Assembly (NCBI RefSeq): GCF_020745735.1
Contig: NC_083409.1
Coordinates: forward strand, 14,975,873-15,039,872
From: Hemiscyllium ocellatum
Lineage: Eukaryota
Reading direction: 5' to 3'
Length of the DNA stretch: 64,000 nt
Shown here: in pieces, positions 50,516 through 63,210 of the stretch
Position numbering within the stretch: the stretch's first letter is position 1
Layout of the letters: every line of letters starts with the position of its first letter
Made by a program: the position numbers and the translations under genes
The notes under the pieces: model-generated
What the model was told of the DNA's origin: nothing
Databases searched by the model: none
Seen by the model: only the letters and a program-made list of their open reading frames with translations

Positions 50516-51434
50516 GCAAAAGTGAAGGGTTTTCCTGTCCTACAGTGCTCTCCAAATCCTTACCTGCCCTCCTCATTGTCATACCCTCCTGCCCCTTCCT
50601 ACATATGGAATGGGACTGCCTGGTCCTGAGGCTTATAACATCCTTCTGGAACAAAGTCTCCAGGTATCTCTGCACCTCCCTGATGTGTCACCAATACTTT
50701 CAACTCAGCCTCCAATCCAAACACTCTGTGTGGGAATTGTCGTAGATTTATACATTCACTACAGATGTGTTTAATCTGAGTCACTTTAACTCAATAAAGA
50801 AATGTTGATCCCATTTACAAACGAAAGATGTCTATTCCTCTATCAGTATCTGAATTAAAGTTTTAGTGCTTTCCATTTATTGACCTTCCCAAATGGGGGT
50901 GTCCCGAAGCAGTACAAGATGACATGAGGATATAGACGGGCTGGAGGGTCAGATGGGCTGATCAGTAACAAGTGTAATTCATTCAGATAAATGTGAGTCA
51001 GTGAGCTCTCCCTGACCATGCGAGTGAGGTGAGGGCAGAGTGACGGCCCTTGACATCAAGGCCTCTTTGATGGTGTGTGGCATCAAGGAACCTGAGCAAT
51101 GCAGCAGTTTTTCACCTGCTGTTCCAGGGAAGGGATCAACATCTGGATCCCTCGGAGCAACTCCTCAGAGTTCTGTCATTCTGAAGGGACACGTTCTCCT
51201 TCTCAACTGTGTGAAGACACACTGCCAGTCCCTCAGCAATCAGGCAATCAGCTCTGAACACTCCCTGAGTGAGCTCACTCCATTATGTTCAGATGCACTG
51301 CCAGAGAGCCCATTCTCCCTCTTCTTGTTCGCCCTCCCATCCCAGAGACCCCCGTGAACCCCTTCAGTTCGCTCTCCACTGGAGGGGGCTGATCCCAGTG
51401 GTTTTGATGGATGCATCTGTGTGTGAGATGTATG

Positions 51435-51435
51435 A

Positions 51436-51469
<34 letters not shown>

Positions 51470-51470
51470 G
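51435..51470. repeat. (TG)n(TA)n microsatellite
   Basis: Read directly. Confidence 0.9.
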
Positions 51471-52078
51471 CATATAAAAAACTCAATATGTTCCCTGTTC
51501 CCCACCCACATACATATGGACACAGGCTCTTCTCCATTCACTGTACACCATCAGGCACAGGTATTCAGGATGGGTATTAGATTAGATTAGATTAGACTTA
51601 CAGTGTGGAAACAGGCCCTTCGGCCCAACAAGTCCACACCGACCCGCCGAAGCGAAACCCACCCATACCCCTACATTACCCCTTACCTAACACTACGGGC
51701 AATTTAGCATGGCCAATCTTCATCTTTATTTGGGTACTGCCCCTTCAGAGCACCAACATGGTGGATGGGGGTTATGGAGTGAAAGGTACCCTCCCCACTC
51801 TGGGTTGGAACTTCCCCATCTACACTCTGAGTTCAGCTCACTCTCAGCATCATTCTTCAATCTTTCTGTACTCCACCATACCTTTCTTCTCTTCTCCAGT
51901 TATTGGGGAAAATTTTCTCAGGGCCTTGCGTTCCTGCTGAAAGTGCCCCTTCTGGCCCTAACTGTAGTGTGGCCCTCCTGCTCCCGGGACCCCATTGGAC
52001 TCTCTATTTTCAATCCCGTTTTCCGTGCCCTAATGGTGGAGGGTTTCACTTCACACACCTTAGGCTTCAGTTCGGGAC

Positions 52079-52729
52079 ATTTCCAAAGCACACACGAAAC
52101 AGAGACAAAGACAGAGACTGAATCTTCTTCATCTTTATTTCCCTTTCCAGACTGACATTGACAGAAAACAGTCAGCAATTAACAGCCCAGACAGAGGAAG
52201 CTGCTCAAATTCACAGCCACAATGGAGCTTGAGGAAAACACTTAAGGAGATTTTCCCACTAACATGAGAATCCTGTCCCTTTAAACAGTGACAAGACCCT
52301 GAGGTGGAACTGGCGGCTGAGCAGGATGGAGATCTGGTTTACTGAAGCAGCTGACTGTCTTCAATACCTTTGAAAGGTTATGCTTGTTATCACAAGTCAA
52401 CGTTGTCCCCAGCAAACAGTCTCCTGGACAGGGACAGAATAGGGTTAGATACAGAGTAAAGCTCTTTCTGTACTGTTCCCAACAAAGACACCCAGGACAG
52501 GGACAGGATAAGAAACAGAATAAAGCTGTCTCCACACTGACAGGAACAGCACTGGTTGGGTACAGAGTGAATCTCTGTCTATCGTGTCACAGTTACCCGC
52601 CTGAAACCCCGAACCTCAGAGTCTCCAGAGGCCAGTCCTGAGAAGGAAGAGAGTTGAAATTCAGTGCTGACAATGACCTTTGTCCTGTCAGCTCAGCCCT
52701 GTTCTATTTAAAATTGTGTCTCCTCTGTG
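52079..52729 (-). pseudogene. Orphan inverted copy of the Ig kappa C 3' UTR and polyA region; coding exon absent
   Basis: Reverse complement aligns to 40551-41105. 52633-52729 differs from 40551-40647 at 2 of 97 nt; the rest is more diverged with indels. Confidence 0.9.
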
Positions 52730-53189
52730 CACAACACCTAACAAACTCGATGTTTTTTTTAAAATTCCCTTTTATTGTGGACATTGAAGCCCCCCACCCA
52801 GAGTACATTCTGTGCCCTGACCACCCTCAGAGCTTCCTCCAAGTGCTGTTCAACATGGAGGAGAGACTGACTCATCAGACGAGGGAGGACAGAACATGGT
52901 CATCAGCCGGAGGTTTCACAGAATCAGAGAATCATACAGTGTAGAAGAGGTCCCTCATCTGATCATGTCTGTCCCACCAAGGCAAAACTAAATCTACTCT
53001 CCATCCACTTTCCAGAACTGGGCCCAAGGTATTGAATGTTTGGATATTTCAGGCGCTCATCCAGGTATTTTTTAAAAGGCATATTTTATGGGGATCTGCT
53101 CTGCTCTTCTAATAGAGTCATGGCATCTTCTACTGGCCTCTGAGAGGGCAGACATCAGAATATCCCATCTGAAAGATCATCCCTGAGAA

Positions 53190-53650
53190 CTGAACGTCTG
53201 ACAGTGTTGCACTCCCTCAGTATTGACACACCAGCAGTGCATCATGCCTTCATCATGAACTATCTGACAGTGCAGCACTCCCACAGTGTGGACTTTCTGA
53301 TATTGCGGCATTCCCTCAGTACGAACCCTCTGACAGTGTGGCACTTTCTCAGTACTCACCCTCTGACAGTGCAACACTCCCTCAGTACTCACCCTCTGAC
53401 AGTGCAACCCTCCCTCAGCTCTCACCCTCTGACAGTGCAGCACTCCCTCAGTACTGACCCACCATTAGTGCAACACTCTCTCAGTACTGACCCTTCAATA
53501 GTGTGGCACTCCCTCAGGACTGTCCCTCTGACAGTGTGGCACTCCCTCAGTACTGACCCTCTGACAGTGTGGCACTCCCTCAGTACTGTCCCTCTGACAG
53601 TGTGGCAGTCCCTCAGTACTGACCTTCTGACAATGTTGCACTGCACTCTC
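53190..53650. repeat. 33-bp minisatellite, about 14 degenerate units (cactccctcagtactgaccctctgacagtgtgg)
   Basis: Tandem periodicity is visible in the DNA and in the 11-aa periodic shadow ORFs. Confidence 0.9.
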
Positions 53651-55660
53651 AGCCTGGATCATTTGCTTCAGTGATAGAATCATGTAATGATGGAATCCGT
53701 ACAACGTCGAACAGGCCATTCACTCCAATGAGTTCACACCCATCCTCCGAAGAGCATCCCACCCAGATCTAAACCAATGCACTATCCCTGCAACCTGCAT
53801 TTCCCAATGGCTCATCCACCCAGTCTGCTACATTGTGAGTGGGAGGGGAGAGTGCTCCCCACTGGGACCAGGCTGAAACCTCCCGGTCCAACAGCCTGCC
53901 TTGCTTCCCCATCCCAGCCCACACTTGGAGGAATGAGACCACCTGGGGAGGCTAGAGATGTTTCCCAGCCAGAGATAGTGCCTTCAGGAGAGAGATGGTG
54001 AACAGATGATAGGGGCAGGGGGCAGTGGGATCAGTTGTCTTGAGGTGGGGTGTAGGACAGATTGAAGCAGGCGATAGCAGGTGCTGAGCCCTTTCCCCGG
54101 AAGGAGTTTGTAAGTCGCTGGGTGAAAGTGGGAGGGGCACTAGAGTAACATCTTTGTTGCTGCTGAATCTCTTGCTGTCTGCTCAGTCACGTCTGAGAGA
54201 CACACAGACACATCAGACACACAGGAGACAGCTTTCTGTGGATGTTCTCCTGGGGCAGGTCTCATCAATCATGGAGCTATGGTCAGTAACAGTGTAAGCT
54301 GTGCGGCCCTGAAAGCCTGAGTCTGCAATTCAGCTCAGAAGGACCTCAGCTCATTTGTCAAACCTGGTTCTGTCCCTCTGCAGCCTAGCCGGTCTGCCTG
54401 TGCCTTTTCACCACTCCCAGGTTTTCCCTTGTGCCACAGCTCATTCTCCTGAGGGACAGCTGTACTCAGGCCCAGCACATGAGCTAGTCCCACTGTCAGA
54501 TCCTCTTTGAGAAACTCATGGCTCACCACCGCCCTCTCCAGGATAGTTAGGGAAGGGCAATAAACAGCAGACATATCATTGTCCTCCCCATCCCAGGAGT
54601 AATCCAAATAACTGATGAACAATTCAAACAATCAAACTGGTGGAAGGTAGTTAAATCATTCCAGTGATTAAATTTCACCTGGTAATTCCTGTATTAAGTT
54701 CAAGGTGAAGCTATCCTGGTCTCTGCTGAATTTAGATCAATTTTCATTGTTAACTTAATACATTTCCATCTTCATTCTTTCTCTCCAAACTGATCCTCAT
54801 TTGAATGTTTCAAAAAACAAAATTGTCCTGAAGAGGTCAAAACAAAAAGCTTCCAAAAGCCAGACGTTTTTCAGGCCAGTTTAATATTCTCAAATGACTA
54901 TTTGATCCTAATTTGCTCTTTTGCTTCAGACCTGTTCAAATTTCAAGAAGTAATTCTGTCCCATTTAGAATGGACGACTCAGTTTACCAGCACTTGCTAA
55001 ATTCCAATTTCTATATCAAAATATTTTTCCTGATCTCCCTCCTGTTCCTGGTGTATGACCAGAGAATGTGTCATTTTGCCTTTCTGTTTGTCAGTATTGA
55101 CATTAAATCTACATTTACTGTGTCGATTTTATCAAGAAGTTTTGTTATCAGAATACTCTCCCTCCCCCTCGAGATTCTGTTCTGGTGTTTCCCTGTAACC
55201 TAGATCCCCTATCCCTGTCCCTGCCCCATTCTGCAATGCCCCTCAATGAAGCCCCTAACTGTACACCATATCCCAGATGTGACCTAACCATTCTTCAGTC
55301 CAGCTGTCCTGGCCACTCTCCCCTCCATCTCCTCACTCTCAATATTCATTCCGAAGTCCCATTGCCCTTTCCCATTTCTTTTTTTCTGATTTTCTTTCCC
55401 AATTTTAAGCGTTTATGTTGCTCAACATCCTTTCTTGCCCACTGCAGTACATTGTTTACAATATGAGCTACACTTCACCGTTTAACGTTTATCATTCCAA
55501 CCAGGAAAGCTCTCAATAGAAAAATTCAATTAATCCCATTGCCCTGCTCTATCCCAACAGCTTTAGTGCATTTATGGTGCATTCAATGACATCTGACACT
55601 AGTCTGTCTTACCCTCTTACACCCACTAATGGCTTTCTCTTGAGTTCTTCCTGACAAATT

Positions 55661-55969
55661 GATTAGATTAGTAACAGCATAGAAACAGGCCCTTCGGGCC
55701 AACAAGTCCACTCCGACCTGCCAAAGCATAACCCACCCAGACTCATTTTCCTACATTTACCCCTTCACTATGGGTAATTTAGCATGGCCAATTCACGTAA
55801 CCTGCACATTTTTGGACTGTGGGAGGAAACCGGAGCACCCGGAGGAAACCCACGCAGACACGGGGAGAATGTGCAAACTCCACACAGAGAGCTGCCTGAG
55901 GTGGGAATTGAACCCAGGTCTCTGGCACAGGGAGGCAGCAGTGCTAACCACTGTGCCACCGTGCCGCCC
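55661..55969 (-). mobile_element. tRNA-derived V-SINE (HE1-like), near full length
   Basis: A-box TGGCACAGTGG, B-box GGTTCAATTCC, central tgtgtggagtttgcacattctccc domain and a CR1-like tail. Confidence 0.85.
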
Positions 55970-56269
55970 ATAAAATTGCAGTTTGGTGACACACTTGGGT
56001 AGTCATTTGTTCGGTCTTTGTGTATTCATTTTGTGTCTGATCCGTCGGGGACTCCACCTTGCAATTTAAAAATGCAGGCTCATCCATGTCATGGCCGAGG
56101 CTCCAGTCTTTCAAAGAGGTGAGTTCAAGCCTCACCAGTTTAATCTTTTGAATTCTACGTCATTTATTTTGATTTCTCCTGGGATGGGGCAAGCTTTGAT
56201 TTGTCTGCTATTTGTTGTCCTTCCCTAATTGTCCTGTAGAGGGCGGTGGTGAGCAATATCATATCTAGA

Positions 56270-57990
56270 ACAGAGAACATAGACCATGACAGCGCAGTCC
56301 AGACCCTTTAACCCTCTGTGTTGCACCGACCTGTGGAACTATTCTGAAGCCCATCTATCCTACACTATTCCATTTTCATCCATATGTTTATCCCATGACC
56401 ATTTAAATGCCCTTAGTGTTGGCGAGTCTGCTACTGTTGCAGGCTGTGCATTCCATGCCCCTACTAGGCTCTGAGTAAATAACTACTTCTGACATCTCTC
56501 CTATATCTATCACCCCTCAATTTAAACCTATGTCCCCTCAGCATCTGAGGAAAAAGACTCTCACTGTCCACCCTATCTAACTTTGTGATTATCTTAGTAT
56601 GTCTCAATTAAGACAACTCTCAACCTTCTTCTCTTGAATGAAAACAGCCGCAAGTCCCTCATCCTTTTCTCATAACGCCTTCCCTCCATGCCAGGCAACA
56701 TCCTAGTGTATTTCATTTGAACCCTTAAGTTTCCACATCCTTGGTTTAATGCGGTGACCACAACTGTATGCAATACTCCAATTGCGGCCAAACCAGAGTT
56801 TTGTACAGCTGCAGCATGACCTCATGACTCCTAAACCCAATCTCTCTATCAATAAAAATTGACCCACCATAAGCCTTCTTAACCACCCTATCAAACTGGG
56901 CTGAAAATGTGTTGCTGGAAAAGCACAGCAGGTCAGGCAGCATCCAAGGAGCAGGCGAATCAACGTTTCCGGAATGAAGAAGGGCTCATGCCTGATACGC
57001 CGATTCTCCTGCTCCTTGGATGCTACTTGACCTGCTTCGCTTTTCCAGCAACATATTTTCAGCTCTGATCTCCAGCATCTGCAGTCCTCACTTTCTCCTA
57101 TCAAACTTTCAAGGATCTGTGTACATGAATACCGAGATCTCTCTGCTCATCTACACTACTAAGAATCTTACCATTAGCCCAGTGCTCTTTATTCCTGTTG
57201 CTCCTTCCAAAGTGAATCACCCCACACTTTTCTGCATTAAAATCTGCATTTACTACCTCTCAGCCCAGCTCTGCAGCTTATCCATGTCCCTGTGTAACCT
57301 GTAATATCCTTCAGCACTATCCACAACTCCACTAACCACAGTGTCATCCACAAATTTACTAACCAATCTTTCGATGCCCTCATTCAGGTCATTTATAAAA
57401 ATGGCAAACAGCAGTGACCCCAAAAGAGATGATTGCAGTACACCGCTAGTAACTGAACTCCAGGATGAACATTGTCTATCAAAAACCACGCTCTGTCTTC
57501 TTTCAGCTAGCCAACTTTCTGATCCAAACCACTAAATTACCCTTAATTCCATGCCTTGGTATTTTGTGGGGAACCTTATCCAATGCCTTACTGAAGTGCA
57601 TATCCATCACATCAACCGCTTAACCCTCATGCACCTGTTTGGTCACCTTCTCAACAAACCCAATAAGGTTCGTGAGGCCGGAGCTACCATGCTGACTATC
57701 CCTAACCAACTCATTCCTTTCTAGATGATTATAAATCCTATCTCTTCTAACCTTTTGCAACACTTTACCCACAACCGAAGTAAGGCTCACTGGTCTATAA
57801 TTACCAGGGTTGTCTCTACTCCCCTTCATGTACCAGGGGACTACATTTGCTATCTTCCAGTATTCTGGCACTGTTTCTGTCAACAATAATGACATAAAGA
57901 TCAAAGCCAAAGCCTCGGAAATCTCCTCCCTGGCTTCCTAGAGAATCCTTGGATAAATCCCATCCGGCCAAGGGAACTTAAATATTTTCA
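56270..57990 (-). mobile_element. Decayed CR1 with a Penelope-end insertion at ~56900-57096
   Basis: NYRPVSLTSVVGK, GLTNLIGFVEKV, SKFVDD and QLEYCIQLW motifs. Confidence 0.85.
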
Positions 57991-58019
57991 CGCTTTCCAG
58001 AATTGCTAACTCCTCCTCC

Positions 58020-59552
58020 TTAAGAGGGAAATCAGGATGGCAAAAAGGTAACATGAGATAGCTTTACTTAATTCGGCTAAGGAGAATCCAAAGGGAGTTT
58101 ATCAGTGCATTAAGGACAAAAGAGTAACAATTAACAGAATAGGGCCCCTCAAAGATCAGCAAGGCAGCCCATGGTGGAACTGCAGGAGATGGGGCAAATA
58201 CTAAACAAGTACTTTGCGTCAGTGTTTACTGTGGAGAAAGACACAGCAGATAGAGAATTTGGGGAAATAGATGGTGACATCTTGAAAAATGTCCATATTA
58301 CAGAGTAGGAAGTGCAGTATGTCTTAAAATGCATAAAAGTAGATAAATCACTGGGATCTGATCAGGTGCACCCCAGAACTCTGTGGGAAGCTGGGGAAGT
58401 GATTGCTGGACCACTTGCTGAAATATTTATATCACTGATGGTCACCGGTGAGGTGCTGGAAGACTGGAGTTTAGCTAATGTAGTAAGGAGAAGCCAGGAA
58501 CCGGTGAGCCTGACATAGTGGGTGGGCAATTTGTTGGAGAGAGTCCTGAGGGACAGGATTTACATGTATTTGTAAAGACAAGGACTGTTTCAGGATAGTC
58601 ACCATGGCTTTGTACATGGGAAATCATGACTCACTAACCTGATTGAGATTTTGAAGAAATAACGAAGACGATTGATGATGTCAGAGCAGTGGACGTGATC
58701 TGTATGGACTTCAGTGAGGCATTCAACAAGTTTTCTTGTGGTGGATTGGTTTGCAAGGTTAGATCACATGGAATACAGGGAGTACTAGCTACTTGGATAC
58801 ATAAGTGACTTGCAGGTAGAAGACAGAGGGTGGTGGTGGAGGGTTGCTTTTCAGACTGGAGGCCTGTGATCAGTGGTGTGCCACTAGGATCAGTGTTAAC
58901 TCCACTGCTTTTTGTCATTGACATAAGGATTTGGATGTGAACATAGGAGGTATCATTAATAAGTTTGCAGATGACACCAAATTGGAGATGTAGTGGGCAG
59001 TGAAGGAGGTTACCACAGTGTACAATGGGCCGATGAGTGGCAGATGGAGTTTAATTTAGATAAATGTGAGATGCTGCATTTTGGAAAGTCAAATCAGGAG
59101 AGGATTTAGATGCTTAATCATGGAATTCCTACAGTATGGAAACAGGCCGTTTGGCACAAGTTCACAATGACCCTCTGAAGAGTAACCCATCCAAACCCAT
59201 TCTCCTATCCCATTCCTCTACATTTAACCCTGACGAATGAACCTATTGTACATATGCCTGAACTTTGGGCAATTTAGCATGGCCAATTCACCTAATCTGC
59301 ACATCTTTAGATTATGGGAGGTAACCCATGCAGACGCATGGAGAATGTGCAAATTCCAGTCATCTGAGGCTGGAACCGAACCAGGGCTCTGGCACTGTGA
59401 GGCAGCAGTGTTAATCACTGAGCCACTGAGCCACCGTGTCACCCCTTAATGGTGAGGTACTGGGGAGTGTTGCTGAACAAAAAGACCTTGAAGTGCAGGT
59501 TCATAGGTCCTTGAAATTAGAGTCACAGGTCAGAAAGATAGTGAATAAGGCA
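58020..59552 (+). mobile_element. Decayed CR1 interrupted by a SINE (59120-59440) and cut by Tx1 at 59553
   Basis: KVDKSLGSDQVHPR motif, RT remnants and the VQVHRSLK motif. Confidence 0.8.
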
Positions 59553-62500
59553 TTTTTTAAATTTCAAAAATATACTTTATTCGTAAACTATTTTGATGAT
59601 CTGTACAATTGGTCATGCCATACATCCGTAACATTCCATTTCTTTGTATACAGGGACAGAGTAATCATTCATATATACAGGTCTGTACGATTACTATCCA
59701 CATATTTAGCTGGGAGTTAGGAGAGCCCAAATGACTGCTTGGGCCCCCTGTTCTTAGGCGGGCAGATGTAACACGGTGGTCTTTTCCCACCGCGCCTTGG
59801 CGGCAGCTGCCCCAAGCTTCAGTGCGTCCCTCACCACGTTGTCCTGGACCTTGGAATGCGCCAGTCTGCAACACTCAGTCGGGGTCAACTACTTCAGCTG
59901 GAAGATCAACAGGTTTCGGACCGCCCAGAGTGTGCCTTCACCGATTTGATGATCCTCCAGGCACAGTTGATGTTCGTCTCGGTGTGTGTCCCAGGGAACA
60001 TACCGTAGAGCACGGAGTCCTGCGTCACGGCGCTGCTCGGGACGAACCTCAACAAACACCGCTGCATTCCTCTCCGGACTTCTTCTGCATAGGCACATTC
60101 CCGAAGAGGGTGTGTAACAGTCTTGTCCCCCCACAGCCGCTTCGAGGCCAGCGTGCAGTGCGGGAGAGAGTCTGGGCGTGCATAATGGATGTCCCAGGCA
60201 GAGCCCTTCTCACCACCAGCCCAGCCATGTCTTGGTGCTTTTGGAAAGTTCTGGCGATGAGGCATTCTGCCAAATGGCTTTGACAGTCTGCTCAGGGAAC
60301 CGCTCGATAGGATCCGCTCTCTCCTTTTCCCAAAGGGTCTCAAGGACACTACGTGCTGACCACTTCCTGATGGACTTGTGGTCAAAGGTGTTTTTCTTCA
60401 TAAACCTCTCCACGAAGGACAGGCGGTACGGAACGGTCCAACTACTTTGAACATTCCACGGCAGCGAGGCCAGGTCCATCCTTCGCAACACCAGGGACAG
60501 GTAGAATCTCAGTACGTAGTGACACTTGGTGTTTGCGTACCAGGGATCCACGCACAGCTTGATGCAGTCACACACAAAGATGCCCATCAGGGTGAGAGTG
60601 GCATTGGGCATGTTTTTTTCCCTCATTGCCCAGGTCTTTGTATATTGTATCTCTACGGACCCGTTCCATCTTTGATCACCACATGAAGTGGAAGATGGCC
60701 CAGGGAACTGCGGCGGAACAGGTTCTGGGGATAGGCCAGACCTGTGCCACATATAACAACACTGAGAGTACCTCACACTTGGTGACCAGGTTTTTGTTCC
60801 TGGGGATGGAGAGCAACCGTTGCTTCCATCTGCCCAGTTTCTGTCTCATCCTCCTGATCCGCTTCTCCCAGGTCTTGGCGCACGGTACCCAGCCCCACCA
60901 AACCAAATACACAGCACCGTCAAGTAGTCAGTCCTGACGGTGAAGAGGATAGAGGATTGGTCGGCTCAGTTCCTGAAGAGCTCTTGCCTTGGTTTACCTT
61001 GGTCCCTGAGGCCCATTCGAACTAGTCACGGATGCACATGAGTCTGTGCACGGACAGCGGATGTGAGCAGAAAGCGGCATCCATGTACTGGGAGACCTTA
61101 ACCTGCAGGACCCCGTTGCCAGGAATAGTCACCCCTCTCAGGCTAGCATCCTTCCTGATGCAGCACACAAACAAGGTGGGTGAGAGGGGGCAGCCCTGCC
61201 TGACTCCATATCTTACAGGGAAGCTATCTGATTCCCACCCATTGATGACAATGTTGGTGTAGAGCAGTCTGATCCAATTACCAATTCCCTCCCCAAAGCC
61301 CATTTTGGAGAGGACATTCCTCATATATGCATCAATATCCTGTCAAAGACTTTCTCCTGGTCCAGGCTGACCAACCCTCTGTCCCGCACGTAGGCAATCG
61401 TATTCCTGAGGAGTGCGAGACTCTCAGCGATCCTCCTTCCCAGTACAGGTTTGGTCAGGGTGGATCACCGATCCCAGAGCAGTCCTGACCCAGTTGGCGA
61501 TGACCTTTGACAAGATTTTGTCGTCTGTTTTTAACAGTGAGATTGGTCTCCAATTTCTAATTTCCTCCCTCTCCCCCTTCCACTTGTAGATGAGGGTGAT
61601 GATGCCTTTCCTCATGGATTCACTATGGTACCTGCCCGAAGCATACTGACATCCACCTCCAGCAGGTCCTGGCCAATCAAGTCCCAAAGAGCAGTATAGA
61701 GATCGACCAGTAACCCGTCACTTCCGGGAGTTTTATTCTTTTCAAGGAAATTGAGGGCCTTGGTCAGCTCATCCAGAGATAGCGGCTGGTCCAGCCTCTC
61801 GGGTGTTCTGTCGTCTAAGACCTCCGTGATAGAGGACAGGAACGACTGGAAGGCTGCGCTGTCGGTTGGCTTCGCGTCATACAGACTGGCATAGAAGGAT
61901 TTGCTGATCCTCATGACATCAGCCTGAGATGATGTTCCTGAGCCATCTTCTTCCTTCAGGCTGCTGAGCACAGAGCTCTCTTTGTGCACCTTCTGGAAGA
62001 AGAAACATGAGCACGTCTCGTCCTGCTCCATGGAGCGGACTCTGGACTGGAAGATTATCTTGGAGGCCTCCAAGGCAAAGAGGGAGGTTTGCTGCCCCTT
62101 CACCTCCTTGAGGTCCTCTGTGACATCGACCCCCATCGTCTGCAGCAGGAGCAGGTTCTGCATACTTTCCTGGACCTGGGATAGTTTTCCCTGCCTCTCT
62201 CTCACCTCCTGAACACCTTTGAGGATGAAGAACCTCTTGATGTTTCATTTTACTGTTTCCCACCAGTCCGCTGGGGACTCAAAGAGGGGCTTCACGGTTC
62301 TCCAACCTGCGTAGTCCCTCTTCAGCTCCTCAATGTTTCCCGGGGCCAACAGCTTTGTATTCAGCTTCCACGTTCCCTTACCCGCCTGCTGCTCGTCCTG
62401 TAGGTGACAGTCGGCCAGCAGGAGGCAGTGGTCAGAGAAGAACACTGGCTTGATGTCGGTGGATCTGACCAAGAGCGTTCGGGACACAAACAGGTAATCT

Positions 62501-63210
62501 ATCCTTGAGCGGATAGACCCGTCTGCCCGTGACCAGGTGTACCTACACTGCGCTCTATCTGCAGGGGTGCTGAAGACGTCGTGCAGATTGGCATTTTTAC
62601 CGTGTCCATCAGGGCTCTGGACGTGGCGTCCAGTTTACTGTCCCCCCCGCTGGATCGTCCATCTGCATCAATGATACAGTTGAAGTCTCCGGCCAGAATG
62701 ACTGGCCTGGACGTAGCCAGTAACAGTGGAAGCTGCTGCAGGACGGCCAACCGTTCACTATTACCTGCTGGGGTGTACATGTTGATTAGTCTCGCCGGAG
62801 CGTTTCTGTATGTAACATCAGCGACTAGGAGGAGCCAGCCCACCACCTCCTTAACCTCGGAGATGTTGAAGTTGCCTCCTCACAACAGGATCCCGAGGCC
62901 TGAGGAACGGATGTTGTTGCCCCCGACCAAACTGATGGTGCATGGGCCCACAAGCTCGACCATCTCCTGCAGCTTCTGAGGTGCGGCATCCCACACTCCT
63001 GCAGAAACAGGATGTCGGCTTTGACTTTGGCTAGGAAGGCCATCGTAGAAACACATTGCGCAGCAGATTTTATGCTGTGCACATTAATGCTTGCAATTCT
63101 TATCCCCATTTTTAACAGGTTTTGAGGTTACCCGTATCCATTTCCTACTGGCCCTGCCCGTCTGCGGTAGCTGTCTGCATCCCCATGGTGAACACGAACT
63201 GCTTAGGTGA
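59553..63210 (-). mobile_element. Tx1/L1-clade LINE: frameshifted ORF2 (APE, RT, zf-RVT), end of ORF1, 3' AATAAA and A-rich tail
   Basis: MGIRIASINV...FLQEC, LAGDFNC, SDHC, WRPISLL, GVRQGCPLSP and C..CGG..TVTH...EC motifs across ORFs 63109 to 59906. tttatt at about 59576. Confidence 0.9.

Noticed and set aside
53177-53719. Periodic Cys/His-rich ORFs resembling zinc fingers
   Set aside because: They are translations of the 33-bp minisatellite.
55900-55969. tRNA-like A and B boxes
   Set aside because: SINE heads joined to core and LINE-like tails; no complete cloverleaf.
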